NCBI GenBank assembly: GCA_034722055.1
Contig: JAYENL010000225.1
Span: 1-26,893, forward strand
DNA from: Armatimonadota bacterium
GTDB lineage: Bacteria; Armatimonadota; Zipacnadia; Zipacnadales; UBA5352
Length of the DNA: 26,893 nucleotides
Direction of reading: 5' to 3'
In this document: one piece after another, positions 1-9,846 of the stretch
How positions within the stretch are numbered: position 1 is the first letter of the stretch
How the letters are laid out: the number at the start of each line of letters is the position of its first letter
Notes under the pieces: generated by a model
What the model was told of the DNA's origin: nothing
Database searches by the model: none
The model's input: the letters and a program-made list of their open reading frames with translations, nothing else
Translations under genes and position numbers: made by a program

Positions 1-1766
1 GGGTACCGCTCTGCGAGGTCCTGCCACTTCCAGAGCGTGGCGAAGTCCAGCTCCCGCCTCTCCTTCTGCACATTGAGTCGCTTCTCGGGGTGATCGGCGG
101 TCAGCTCCTCCATCCGATCGAAGTACGTCTGCCACCGGTGGATGCTATCCGCGGTCAGGTACGGGAATGTCTGCTCATCGTAAAGTGTGGACTTGTATCT
201 GACCCCCGGGGGAAGCTCCATCTCCTTGCGGGCCTCTTCCAGCTCCTGGATATACCTCCGCATCAGGGGCCCGGCCGCCCCGTAGTGATGGTCGGTGAAC
301 TCCGTGATGACCGCATCGGTGTCGCAGTTCACGTCCTGCATCAGCTTGAAGATCAGATAGCTCTGAAGCTCGTAGAAGCCGCTGCGCTGATTGATGCCGT
401 GATGGTCGGTAAAGACACCCTCCACGCCGGCGTAATGCATCAGCCGCATGTTGTTGATGATGCGCTCGATGTTGCCCACCGGCATCACGGCGCCGGTGCC
501 CCAGGGGTTGGGGTACATCCAGGCCCAGAGATGGGGCGCAATATCACTCCATCCCCGCAGATCGCGATAGGTCTCCTGGATATCCGCGCCACGGTTGTTC
601 CACCAGTCGGCGAAGTAGTTGTCCTCGATAGGGGCGAACGACACTATCAGGTTGTCGGGAAGCATTTCGCCTTCGGGCAGGACAATGGGATGCTGGGTCT
701 GGCTTCGGCGATAGCCCAGGGTCTTGACCATCACCTGCGGATACTGCTCCTTGAGCTGCCCGCACAGCTCGATGAGGTAGTCGAAGATGGGCCCTCCAGG
801 ATTGCGGTACTGCTGCTCCAGCGCCTCGCAGTCGGGGCAGTGGCAGAACTTCCCGCCGGTATCGGCCGCGTCGATGGTCACGATGAGTTCCTCGTGGCCG
901 GCCTGCCGTGCGTGCTCGATGTCTCTGATGACGTTTGCCGTCAGCTCCTCCCGCAATGCGGGGTTGCTGAAGCAGAGCTGTCTGTTCGGCACGCGCTGCC
1001 CGGCCTCATTCATGGTGAAGAACTCGGGGTTCGTTTCGAAGTAGTTCATCTTGTCCTGCCACTCGAAATCGTCGGCGTACCTGCTCTCCGGTGTCGGCGG
1101 GATGTAGGCGAACGACGTGTGGACGAACTTGGTCGCTGGGAGCTTCGACTGGTATTGCCCGCCCTCCGTGCGGCCCCGGCGCGTGTACCCCATATTGATG
1201 CCGTGCTGGTAGTAGAAGTCGGTCCCGAAATTGAGTTGGACCTCTCTGTAGGCGAACGTGAAGCCCCGCTTCCGGTCGAACGGCGCCAGCGTAAGTGTGG
1301 GCTTGGAGGGCAGCACCGGCTCCTCGTGCACGGAGTACCAGCGCCAGCCCAGAGAGCTCTCCAGGAACTGCATCACGGCATACAGGTTGCCGTGGATCCC
1401 CTTCCCGTAGAGGAAGATGTTGTTATCGATGCTCTTCGTGATGTGCTCCTGGTCCTCAAGCTCGGCCAGCGGATCCTGGCCGAGAACCGCGCGCGCCGGT
1501 TCGCTCAGGCCCACGAAGATGCGCTCCTGCTGTTCGTCGAGCTCTCCAGGCTCAACCACCGGGAAGGCCGCCCCCGTGATCTCCTCCAGGTAGTCGGCCA
1601 GCGTGTCAACGGCGTACTCGTCCACCGGGGTGGCATTCTCCGGGGCGACGATCCTGTGGCTGGTGGTCCCGTCCTCCGCCAGTTGCAGGTCGGCCGCCGA
1701 GGCGATGCCCAGCCCGAGGAGGCAGAACGTTACCGCGAAGATCCCACACGCGACTGTCCTCTTCAT
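1..1766 (-). CDS. Secreted DUF4838-domain protein (3' end runs off the window)
   Basis: Not in the ORF track because it is open at the edge. Read by hand from the ATG at 1766 with AAGGAG upstream: MKRTVACGIFAVTFCLLGLGIASAADLQLAEDG...EYAVDTLADYLEEITGAAFPVV...GNLYAVMQFLE...FAYRE...QLCFSNP...FCHCPDC. It has a signal peptide and the same motifs as the two paralogs on the + strand. Confidence 0.88.
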   Translation of the reverse strand, partial: MKRTVACGIFAVTFCLLGLGIASAADLQLAEDGTTSHRIVAPENATPVDEYAVDTLADYLEEITGAAFPVVEPGELDEQQERIFVGLSEPARAVLGQDPLAELEDQEHITKSIDNNIFLYGKGIHGNLYAVMQFLESSLGWRWYSVHEEPVLPSKPTLTLAPFDRKRGFTFAYREVQLNFGTDFYYQHGINMGYTRRGRTEGGQYQSKLPATKFVHTSFAYIPPTPESRYADDFEWQDKMNYFETNPEFFTMNEAGQRVPNRQLCFSNPALREELTANVIRDIEHARQAGHEELIVTIDAADTGGKFCHCPDCEALEQQYRNPGGPIFDYLIELCGQLKEQYPQVMVKTLGYRRSQTQHPIVLPEGEMLPDNLIVSFAPIEDNYFADWWNNRGADIQETYRDLRGWSDIAPHLWAWMYPNPWGTGAVMPVGNIERIINNMRLMHYAGVEGVFTDHHGINQRSGFYELQSYLIFKLMQDVNCDTDAVITEFTDHHYGAAGPLMRRYIQELEEARKEMELPPGVRYKSTLYDEQTFPYLTADSIHRWQTYFDRMEELTADHPEKRLNVQKERRELDFATLWKWQDLAERY

Positions 1767-1852
1767 TCTCGGTCTCCTTCTTTTCTGCGAGGCACCGTCC
1801 ACCGATTCGGATTGGACAGCGTACCTGTTGCCCGGCTCTCTCCCTTACGCAG

Positions 1853-1881
1853 AGTGTAGCCGATTCCGCTGGAGCGAACAA
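1853..1881 (-). promoter_or_regulatory. Candidate sigma70 promoter for the leftward DUF4838 gene
   Basis: Minus strand TTGTTC-N17-TACACT, about 87 nt upstream of the ATG. Confidence 0.4.
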
Positions 1882-1904
1882 AGGATGACGCACAGCCGTC
1901 TGCG

Positions 1905-1976
1905 GAAAGGCAGGTTTGGGCCGCTGGCGTTCCGCGAGGTCTCCCCCCGCCTCGCGGACGGCAGCGGCCTGCTTTC
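1905..1976. other. Long imperfect hairpin in the divergent intergenic region
   Basis: Nested inverted repeats GAAAG(G)CAGG/CCTGCTTTC, GCCGCTG/CAGCGGC and TCCGCGAGG(1931-1939)/CCTCGCGGA(1950-1958). Confidence 0.5.
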
Positions 1977-2287
1977 GTGGTATCACTGGGCGCGTAATCG
2001 GCGGCGACGTTCACGGTCGCCGTAGCCACGCCGGCCGGCTCGGTCAGATTGCCATCAGATGCCCCTCCCAGGCGTGCACGCGGCGGTAGACGTGAGCTGG
2101 CCCCCATTCGGTACCCAATCAATCAGGCTGAGGAGGAGAACGCACCGTGGGCCAGTAAACGACGCTGCGGGGCCGAACCGTCAGCTCACAAACGCTTCAG
2201 CGACTCGGTGGTTACGGCCCGAGCCTTCGCTGCCATGATCAAGGGGGGCGCCGATAACTACCAGCGATGCCCCAACGCCTCCCCTGG

Positions 2288-2316
2288 TTGCTGTGCGATC
2301 CGTATCGGCCTACAAT
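2288..2316 (+). promoter_or_regulatory. Candidate sigma70 promoter for the DUF4838 pair
   Basis: TTGCTG-N17-TACAAT, 77 nt upstream of the TTG start. GGAGG RBS at 2381-2385. Confidence 0.6.
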
Positions 2317-2393
2317 GATCGGGAGCGTGCCACTCGGGGAGTCCGGCGTGGTGATCTGCCGGGCAGCGCCAGACAAGCACGGAGGCGTCTGAA

Positions 2394-5300
2394 TTGAGCG
2401 GAACCACTCGCACAGGCCTCTGGACATGCGTACTGCTGCTCGGCCTGGCTGCCACCACGTGGGGCAGCACTGCGCTGTGCCAGAGCGGCGAGACGCCGTA
2501 CTGCATCGCCATCGCTCAACAGGCATCGGCCCCCGAGCGCTTTGCCGCGGAGCAGTTGCAGCAGTACCTCGCCCGCATCTCCGGGGCCCGGTTCCCCATC
2601 ACAAGCGCGCCGGCCGCCGAGCAGCCGGCCATCGTGATTGGGACCCCCGTATCCAACGCCCTCGTCCGGCAGCGTGGGGGGAGGATCAGCTTCTCGCCCA
2701 GGCAGCGTGAGTACGACGCCTTCGTTGTTCGCACCCGGGGCGACGACCTGATCCTGGCCGGGGCCAATCCCCGAAGCTGTCTGTACGCGGTGTACGACTT
2801 CCTGGAGGACGAGCTGGATGTGTTCTGGCCGAGCGTCTTCAGCCAGGAGGAGATCGTTCCCCGCCGCGACACTATCCGCCTGTCTCCGGTCGATCGCGAG
2901 GAAACGGCCTCATTCAAATACCGTGGCTACACCAGCGCCGATGTCCGCATGCTCGACCTGATGGGCAAGCGCAAGCTGAACTTCGTTGGCGTGGCCTACA
3001 GCCGCTGCGACAACGCGGAATACTGGGAGGACTACCGCACGGAGCTGCGGATGCGAGGCATCAAGACCTACAGCTACCACCACGGCTTCCACTACTTTCT
3101 CCCGCCCGAGGAGCACTTCGCCGAGCACCCGGAGTACTACGCGCTTCGCCCCGGCGATGACGGCATGAGGCGAGAGCCCAGTCAGTTCTGCACCCACAGC
3201 GCCGAGGCGCTGCGGCTCTACACGGACCGGTGCCTGACCTTCATGCGCCGGCACCGGGACGTGGACATCTTCTGCCCCGGTCCCGAGGACGGCTACGGGT
3301 GGTGCATGTGCGAGCAGTGCGGGGGCGATGAGCGCTGGCAGGTCAAGCGGGGCCTGCAGTTTGGGTCGGACCGGCTGATGCACGCGGTCAACGCCGTGGC
3401 CGGGCGGGCCGCGGGGGAGTTCCCCGACACACCTATCCTCTACCTCGGCTACGTGGCGACCGGTGAGGTGCCCAGGACGGAGAGGCCGCTGCAGAATGTA
3501 ATCGCGATGCTGGCCCTCTTCGAGCACTCGGCGAGCGATCTCACCTCGTCAGCCCGCTACTACAACTGCGAGGACATCCGAGCCTACTACCGCAACAACA
3601 TCGAGCAGTGGACGCGGCTCGTGCCGGAGGTCATCATCTACGAGTACTACTGCGGCCGAGGAGCGTGGCACGCCCGGCCCTACGCCAAGACCACGAACAT
3701 GAGGCACTCCCTGCGCTACCTGGCCGAGCAGGACGTAAAGGGGCTCATCAGCCAGGGCCTGTACAACTGGTGGCGCCCCTACCTGACCAATCACTACCTG
3801 CTCGGGAAGCTGCTGTGGAACGTGGACACGAACACGGACACGGCTCTGCGCGAGTTCTGCGACAGGCGCTACGGCTCTGCCGCTGGGCCGATGTTCGACT
3901 ACCTCCGGGACCTGGACGCCAGCGAGCTGGACGCATGTGAGATTGACCTGAAGCGCGCGGAGCGCAGAGTCGAGGATGAGCGGACAGCGAGCCTCGTTCA
4001 CTACCAGCAGATCCTGCTCAGATGGCGACAGCTCTACGATGCCATTGCCGAGAGGTACCGAGAGGCCGTGGACCTGTTCGAGGCCGGCGAGCGGTCGCGG
4101 GCCGAAGCGCTGTACGACGAGATGCTGCGGCTCGAGCGCGCGACGCAACGGCTGGCCGACAACACGCGCCTGCAGACAGTCATCAACCGCCCGGCCGGCT
4201 TCTACATCTACTCCAGAATCCTCCGCGACAGGTACGACCTCGGCGAGGCACCCAAAGAGCCCGAAGGCACAGACATCCACAAGCGCGGCGAGGGGCCGCA
4301 GGACGTGGCTGACCGTCTCTCCGCCGCAAGCACGGATGTGACCGAGCGCGCTGCGATCGTCGTCACCGCCGACCCGCCCCTGCCGGTCCCGAACCTCGTC
4401 CGCAACGGCGGCTTCGAGCGAGAGCTTCACTTCCCGGCCGGCGAGGGCATTGGCGGTCCCGTCCGGGGATGGGAGGAGCATGACACCACGGATGCCGACG
4501 GCGTGACCGGCGAGCAGGCCCACGGGGGGCGGTACGCCTACAGGCTGGTGGGCGAGAGGTCCATCTCGAAGTGCATCCGCCAGCGCCACGTGGGGCGGAT
4601 CATACTGGGAGCGCCGCTTGCGGAGGGCACCCGGGTGCTATGCAGCGCCTGGTCGAAATCCACCGGCGCCGATCCTGACGGCGGCCACTACGGCCTCACC
4701 ACCACCGGCTGCGGGCAGTACCTCGGCGGACCGAAGTTCACCAAGGGCGCCCACGACTGGGAGTACGCTGAGAGGATGCTCACCCTGCCCGGGGAGACCG
4801 CTGAGATCTCCTCGCTCTACGCCATGTACTACGACCAGAGCGGGACGGCCTACTTCGACGACATCTTCCTGGGCGTGGGCGCGACGGAGCTGACCGTGCA
4901 TGTGGACCTTCCGGGCCTGCGGCGGGTCACGGTTCTGGACGACCGTGGCGAGGAAATCCTCACCTCGGGAGCCATCGCTGACGGCACGGACAGCTTCGAG
5001 AGGACACTGCAGGTGCCCACGCGCCGGACCTACACCGTTCGCGCCGAAGACGCCGATGGCAACGCCTACATTCGGCACTATCCCGAGCGCGGCGAGCAGA
5101 TCGACCTGGCGGGGCTCTACGCAGGGGGAGGGGTGGCGGTGGAGACGACCATGACCGGCGCCAATCCTGCCTTCCCTGCCATGGGACCCGCGGCTGTGTT
5201 CGACGGGTCGATCGCGTACGGCAGCGGGGTGTATGAGGGCACCGACGATGAGGCGGTCTTCACCCTGACGCTCGACCGACCTCGCCCCATCTGCGGAGTG

Positions 5301-5555
5301 GGCATCGGCCTGAAGTCGGGCAGCCCCCAGTCGGCCCTGGTGTCGCTGCTGATCGAGGACAGATGGGAGACCATCAGGGAGTACGAAGATGCCTGCCTGG
5401 AGGCCGTTGACATCGTCCAACTGCCCATCGCAGTCACCATCGCGGGGGTGAAGGTCGAGATCTCCGACTGCCCGGGGCTGAAGGCTCTGACCGAGGTTCA
5501 ACTGTTCGAGGACCCTGGTGTGGCCCGCGTCGGTCACTCCAAGCCGAGAGAGTAG
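2394..5555 (+). CDS. Secreted DUF4838 protein with a CBM4/9-like domain and a C-terminal galactose-binding/discoidin-like domain
   Basis: 1053-aa ORF with a signal peptide. Motifs ERFAAEQLQQYLARISGA, LYAVYDFLE, HPEYY, QFC, WCMCEQC and IYEYY, followed by NLVRNGGFE...YFDDIFLG (CBM-like beta-sandwich). Confidence 0.88.
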   Translation: MSGTTRTGLWTCVLLLGLAATTWGSTALCQSGETPYCIAIAQQASAPERFAAEQLQQYLARISGARFPITSAPAAEQPAIVIGTPVSNALVRQRGGRISFSPRQREYDAFVVRTRGDDLILAGANPRSCLYAVYDFLEDELDVFWPSVFSQEEIVPRRDTIRLSPVDREETASFKYRGYTSADVRMLDLMGKRKLNFVGVAYSRCDNAEYWEDYRTELRMRGIKTYSYHHGFHYFLPPEEHFAEHPEYYALRPGDDGMRREPSQFCTHSAEALRLYTDRCLTFMRRHRDVDIFCPGPEDGYGWCMCEQCGGDERWQVKRGLQFGSDRLMHAVNAVAGRAAGEFPDTPILYLGYVATGEVPRTERPLQNVIAMLALFEHSASDLTSSARYYNCEDIRAYYRNNIEQWTRLVPEVIIYEYYCGRGAWHARPYAKTTNMRHSLRYLAEQDVKGLISQGLYNWWRPYLTNHYLLGKLLWNVDTNTDTALREFCDRRYGSAAGPMFDYLRDLDASELDACEIDLKRAERRVEDERTASLVHYQQILLRWRQLYDAIAERYREAVDLFEAGERSRAEALYDEMLRLERATQRLADNTRLQTVINRPAGFYIYSRILRDRYDLGEAPKEPEGTDIHKRGEGPQDVADRLSAASTDVTERAAIVVTADPPLPVPNLVRNGGFERELHFPAGEGIGGPVRGWEEHDTTDADGVTGEQAHGGRYAYRLVGERSISKCIRQRHVGRIILGAPLAEGTRVLCSAWSKSTGADPDGGHYGLTTTGCGQYLGGPKFTKGAHDWEYAERMLTLPGETAEISSLYAMYYDQSGTAYFDDIFLGVGATELTVHVDLPGLRRVTVLDDRGEEILTSGAIADGTDSFERTLQVPTRRTYTVRAEDADGNAYIRHYPERGEQIDLAGLYAGGGVAVETTMTGANPAFPAMGPAAVFDGSIAYGSGVYEGTDDEAVFTLTLDRPRPICGVGIGLKSGSPQSALVSLLIEDRWETIREYEDACLEAVDIVQLPIAVTIAGVKVEISDCPGLKALTEVQLFEDPGVARVGHSKPRE

Positions 5556-5585
5556 GAGCGCAGTCAGGTAAAGGAGCGCAAGGCA

Positions 5586-7607
5586 ATGGCGAGGAGTCTC
5601 GCTGTCTCACTCATGCTGGTAACTATTGCCCTCTCCGCCGCCCGCGCGGAGCTGATCCTCGCGGAGGGCGGCCGGACCGCATCCACGATCGTGACTGCCG
5701 AGGACGCCTCCGTCACCGAGGAGCTGGCAGCCCGGGAGCTCCAGCGCTACATCAAGGCCGCCACGGGCGCGGAGCTTCCCATTGTGGCAGGCCCACCGGC
5801 GGCCCCCGGCAACAGCATCCTGCTGACGCTGGTGGACGATGCCCCCGGGACCCTGGCCATTGCGCCCGGCGCGCTCGGAGATGAGGGCTTCGCCATCAAG
5901 ACCGCCGGCGATGACCTCTACCTGATCGGTGCCCGCCCCCGAAGCCTGTTGTACGCCGTCTACTGGTTCCTGAAAGACTACGTGGGCGCGCGCTTCTATT
6001 GCTTCGACGATGAGCGCATCCCGCAACTCGCTGAGCTGCGCATTGCGACGATTGACCGCACCGAGCGGCCCGCCTTCGCCTATCGGGGCCTGAAGGGGTG
6101 GAACCCGGTCGGGACGCAGTGGCACTGGATGTCGAAGATGGGCATGAACTACGTGCAGAGCAGCATGGGCTTCTCGCGGCGCGGCGCCATCGAGCCCGAG
6201 CGCTACCGGCAGTTCGTGGACGAGAAGAACAAGTGGGATATGATCTGGGACTTCGGGGGACACTACACCATGGCCCTGGTGCCGCCGGAGGAGCACTTCG
6301 AGGAGCACCCCGAGTGGTACTCGCTCATCCTCAGCGACGACCAGATTGAGCGGCTCGGCGACGACTACTACAGCAGAGACTACGACGTGTCGGACGGCGA
6401 CCGGAAGCCGGTGCAGATCTGCTCCTCATCCTCAGCGGCCGTCGAGGAGATGGTCAACAGCTTCCTGGAGCTGGTCGATACCTACCCCGACGCCGACGTC
6501 TACGCGCCATGGTACAGCGACGGCGTGACCTACTGCCAGTGTCCGGGGTGCATCCGCGAGAGGGACTGGCTGTGGCTCCACGATCATCCGTCGCTCCGGC
6601 ACTGGGTGAAGCCGCATCAGGTCATCGGCACCAAACAGCTTCTCCAGGCGATCAACCCCCTGGCCGAGGCCATGGCCCGGGAGGCGCCCTATAAGAAGCT
6701 GTTCACCATCGCCTACGTCAACACCGTCCCCGCCCCGCGTGAGATCATGCCTCACCCGAACCTGAACATACAGTTCGCCATGTTCCACCGCTGCTACAGC
6801 CGGCCTCTCGACGGGCGGGGTGACGCCAACTGCCATGAGGTCAACGAGTACTTCGACGAGAACCTGCAGCAGTGGGTTGAGCTGTGCGAGGGCGACGTGA
6901 TCATCTACTACTACGCCTGCGCCAAGTCAGCCATGGACGGCCGCGTGATGCCCTTCCCGCATATCATTGCCGGGGACCTGAAGCATCTCGACCGCATAGG
7001 CGTCAGCGGTGTCGTCAGCCAGCACGCGTGGCCGTGGGCCTTCAACCTCAACGCCTACACGCTGGCGAGAATGCTGTGGGACCCCGACCTCACCGCCGAT
7101 GCCATCATCGACGAGTACTGCCAGCGCTACGACCAGGCGGCCGATGACATGAAGCGGTACTTCCTGGCCATGGAGGACGCGATGACCGGCCTGCACCATC
7201 CCGAGTACCTGGGGGACAACTGGACCGGCCCGCCGGCCCGCCGCATGGCGAAGATGACGCGAGCCATGAAGCTGATCGACGAGGCGGAGATTGCCTTGGA
7301 CCAGGCCATCGCCCGGGGAACCACCGGACCTGCCGCCGACGCCCTCGCCCGGGACAGGGACCTGTTCACCTGGACGAGGCGCAGCTTCGAGATCTGGCAT
7401 GAGTACGCCCGCGCCAGGCTGTTCCTCGCACGGGACAGGATGCAGCAGGCCGAGGCCTCCTACCAGCGAGTGGTTGCGATGACCAGCGCACTCGAGGAGG
7501 ACTACAGGGAGCTGGACATCCACCACAACCTCTACCGGAAGTACCGCTACTGCCAGAGAGATCTCGCCGAACGAGGTCTTGGTGAGCCGCAGCCCGGGAC
7601 CGAGTAG
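5586..7607 (+). CDS. Secreted DUF4838-domain protein
   Basis: 673 aa, AAGGAG RBS, signal peptide ending in ARA. Motifs ELAARELQRYIKAATGAELPI, LYAVYWFL, PAFAYRG, HPEWY, QIC and YCQCPGC. Confidence 0.9.
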   Translation: MARSLAVSLMLVTIALSAARAELILAEGGRTASTIVTAEDASVTEELAARELQRYIKAATGAELPIVAGPPAAPGNSILLTLVDDAPGTLAIAPGALGDEGFAIKTAGDDLYLIGARPRSLLYAVYWFLKDYVGARFYCFDDERIPQLAELRIATIDRTERPAFAYRGLKGWNPVGTQWHWMSKMGMNYVQSSMGFSRRGAIEPERYRQFVDEKNKWDMIWDFGGHYTMALVPPEEHFEEHPEWYSLILSDDQIERLGDDYYSRDYDVSDGDRKPVQICSSSSAAVEEMVNSFLELVDTYPDADVYAPWYSDGVTYCQCPGCIRERDWLWLHDHPSLRHWVKPHQVIGTKQLLQAINPLAEAMAREAPYKKLFTIAYVNTVPAPREIMPHPNLNIQFAMFHRCYSRPLDGRGDANCHEVNEYFDENLQQWVELCEGDVIIYYYACAKSAMDGRVMPFPHIIAGDLKHLDRIGVSGVVSQHAWPWAFNLNAYTLARMLWDPDLTADAIIDEYCQRYDQAADDMKRYFLAMEDAMTGLHHPEYLGDNWTGPPARRMAKMTRAMKLIDEAEIALDQAIARGTTGPAADALARDRDLFTWTRRSFEIWHEYARARLFLARDRMQQAEASYQRVVAMTSALEEDYRELDIHHNLYRKYRYCQRDLAERGLGEPQPGTE

Positions 7608-7732
7608 GATCGGACCACTGCTGCCAAGCTCGTCTGCGGCCAATGCGCCCCGAGAGCATCAGGCCTCAGGTGCCGCATCTCTATTCCGGCATCCGCCCCC
7701 CCCGAATCCTGCGCCGGAGGCCGGCGCAACTA

Positions 7733-7765
7733 AGCTGCGCCCGACGAATGGCGTCGGGCGCAGCT
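7733..7765. terminator. Hairpin between convergent genes, likely a bidirectional terminator
   Basis: 14-bp perfect stem AGCTGCGCCCGACG-aatgg-CGTCGGGCGCAGCT, with a second 8-bp hairpin at 7710-7728. No U-tract. Confidence 0.55.
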
Positions 7766-7787
7766 CGACCTACGCGAATCATGCCGG

Positions 7788-8255
7788 TCAGTGCACTGGC
7801 CCGGACGGACCACCAGGGCCGAGTCTCTGCAGCAGGATCTCCACGAAGGTTCGCCGGCCCCGCTCGTGCTGCACGTCCCGGCTTGCCTCACTGAGGCCGC
7901 TGCCTGCCGGGGGCCGGACCGCGATGGTGTAGCGGCCGGTGTCGGGATGCTCAAAGCGGAAGAAGCCCTCGTCCCCGGTAGTGGCCATCCCGACAACCGC
8001 ACGGCCGCGGATGAGGCGCACCTCCGCGCCAGGAACGGGAACACGCTGATCCTGCTGATCGTCCTGAGCGGTGTCCATCCCGTCCGCCGCCGCGACCACG
8101 ATGCCGCCGATGTCCGGCTCCCCGGGTGGCACCCCGCCGCCGGTGTAGGCCAGGTCGAACGAGCCGCTGCCGCAACCAGCGAGACCCGCGACCACGACTG
8201 CGAATCCCATCAGCGCGAGCAAACGCGCCCCCATGGCTGTCGGCGGAAACTTCAT
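7788..8255 (-). CDS. Lipoprotein with a carboxypeptidase-regulatory-like (transthyretin-like) beta-sandwich
   Basis: Lipobox LAG-C. The pattern IGGIVV...VPVPGAEVRL...ATTGDEGFFRFEHPDTGRYTIAV fits this fold. ATGA overlap with the upstream regulator's stop. An alternative start exists at 8234. Confidence 0.8.
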   Translation of the reverse strand: MKFPPTAMGARLLALMGFAVVVAGLAGCGSGSFDLAYTGGGVPPGEPDIGGIVVAAADGMDTAQDDQQDQRVPVPGAEVRLIRGRAVVGMATTGDEGFFRFEHPDTGRYTIAVRPPAGSGLSEASRDVQHERGRRTFVEILLQRLGPGGPSGPVH

Positions 8256-9721
8256 TCTATGGCGTCCTCCTCATCCGCAAGCAGTGCGGCAGGTCCCTCC
8301 TCCAGGTCGCGGTAGCCCCGCTCGGAAGCCTCGTCCTGGAGCTGGTCTAACAGCGTCTCATCGGCCTCGGCGACGGCCAGCAGCATCGCCGCCTGCAGCC
8401 TCAGTCGCGCCAGGCCGAGGCGGGCCGCCCGTTGCTGGCACCGGCGCAGGTGGTAGATAGCGTCATCGCACATCCCGTCTGCCAGGAAGGCCCGGCCCAG
8501 CGCCAACTGCCCCTCGGCCACCGCCAGCCCCGGCCCCGTCTCATTCGCCAGTTCGATGGCCTCCTGAGCCAGCCGTCTGGCCTCCGCGAACTGTCCTCTC
8601 CTGGTGAGCAGCTCGGCGGTGAAGATCTCCGCGAGTGCCCGCAGCCGGCGGTCGTCCGCGTGCTCCGCCAGCTCCGACAGCCGCTCCAGCAGCTCCTCCG
8701 CCTGCTCCACCTGTCCGGAGCGGAGAGAGGCGATGGCGCGGTTCAGAATGGCCTCCCGGATCTGGTCGGGAAGTCCGGCCTCGGCAGCGAGGCGGTAGTG
8801 GGTGTTCGCCTCCGCCAAGGCCCGCCCGTAGTCACCACTCGCCAGAGCGAGGTTCACCTGGTTTGACTGCACGTAGGTGCGAGCGGTAGCCAGCGCCTCG
8901 GCCGGCGCCTCCTCCAGCAGCTCCTCCGCGCGTTGCAGATGCTCCCGGGCGACCTGCAGCCGGCCCTCCTGTTCGGCGAGGGCCGCGAGCGTCACCACCG
9001 CCGACCAGCGCGGCCACCACTGTTGAGATTCAGCGAGCTCCTCGGCCTCCCCCCGGGCCTGCTCGAGCTTCCCGGCGGCCTGCCACACCCTGACACGCTC
9101 CTGGCGCGCGGACAGCTCCGCTGCCCTGTGGCCGGACGCGCGTGCCTGCTCCAGGGCCGCCTCCAGTGCCTTCTGGGCTCGGTGCATGTCGCCCAGTCCG
9201 TACGCGGCGTGGCCGAGGTGCAGGTCGGCGGCGGCCATGGAGGCCGTGTCTCCCAACTCGGCGGCCACCTCCCGCCACCGGACGGCCGTCTCCATCAGCT
9301 CCCGCATGTCGCCGGAGCGGCGGAGGGCGTGGCACAGCTCCTGAAGGGTCTCGACAAGCGCCTGGCGAGAGGCGTGAGACTGGTCCAGTCGGGCCTGGCG
9401 CTCGGCGGCGAGGGACCGTTCCAGCTCCTCACAGCGGCTCCTGCAGCGCTGGAGGTGCTCCTCAAGCTCGGCCTCCTGCCGGGAGACGCCGCTCGGATCA
9501 TCGGCGAGAAACCACTGGAGAGGCCGGTCGGTGAGACGAGCGATCTCGGTGAGCCGATCAAGCTGAGCAAGGACCTCGCCGTTGACATACTGGTAGATAA
9601 GCGCGCGCGAGCACCCCAGCGCCTCAGCGAAGGCGGTCAGTGATGGATACCCCGCCGACGCTACCGCTGACTGTATGCGCTGTCCAAGCTCTTTGCGGCC
9701 CTCGGTCACCGTGAGATCCAT
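8252..9721 (-). CDS. XRE-family HTH transcriptional regulator with a coiled coil and TPR repeats
   Basis: N-terminal LGQRIQ...SLTAFAEALGCSRALIYQYVNGE...LTEIARL...LQWFL HTH. A Glu/Arg-rich heptad linker follows, then repeated TPR-like helices (LGHAAYGLGDMHRAQKALEAAL, LGRAFLADGMCDDAIYHL). Confidence 0.88.
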   Translation of the reverse strand: MDLTVTEGRKELGQRIQSAVASAGYPSLTAFAEALGCSRALIYQYVNGEVLAQLDRLTEIARLTDRPLQWFLADDPSGVSRQEAELEEHLQRCRSRCEELERSLAAERQARLDQSHASRQALVETLQELCHALRRSGDMRELMETAVRWREVAAELGDTASMAAADLHLGHAAYGLGDMHRAQKALEAALEQARASGHRAAELSARQERVRVWQAAGKLEQARGEAEELAESQQWWPRWSAVVTLAALAEQEGRLQVAREHLQRAEELLEEAPAEALATARTYVQSNQVNLALASGDYGRALAEANTHYRLAAEAGLPDQIREAILNRAIASLRSGQVEQAEELLERLSELAEHADDRRLRALAEIFTAELLTRRGQFAEARRLAQEAIELANETGPGLAVAEGQLALGRAFLADGMCDDAIYHLRRCQQRAARLGLARLRLQAAMLLAVAEADETLLDQLQDEASERGYRDLEEGPAALLADEEDAIE

Positions 9722-9730
9722 GTCATGGGG

Positions 9731-9759
9731 ATCATAGCATTAATCAGTCGTAGTGTAAA
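9731..9759 (-). promoter_or_regulatory. Sigma70 promoter of the XRE-TPR regulator (near-leaderless)
   Basis: Minus strand TTTACA-N17-TATGAT with an extended -10 TG. Only 9 nt separate the -10 box from the ATG, and there is no Shine-Dalgarno. Confidence 0.7.
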
Positions 9760-9780
9760 TCATTCTGCGAGGAACAGACT

Positions 9781-9805
9781 ATTTGTCTACTCTGACTGGA
9801 CGAAT
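9781..9805. promoter_or_regulatory. Candidate operator palindrome in the divergon
   Basis: ATTTGTCTACTC-T-GACTGGACGAAT, with 9 of 12 dyad positions symmetric, lying between the two divergent -35 boxes. Confidence 0.45.
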
Positions 9806-9817
9806 CCGGCGAACCAG

Positions 9818-9846
9818 TTGTGGATGGGCGGCAGTCCGGCAATAAT
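9818..9846 (+). promoter_or_regulatory. Candidate promoter for the DUF4382 lipoprotein
   Basis: TTGTGG-N17-AATAAT, with an AGGAGG RBS at 9871-9876. Confidence 0.45.

Noticed and set aside
90..1859. 589-aa + strand ORF
   Set aside because: Antisense shadow of the real minus-strand DUF4838 gene, which has the RBS, signal peptide and family motifs.
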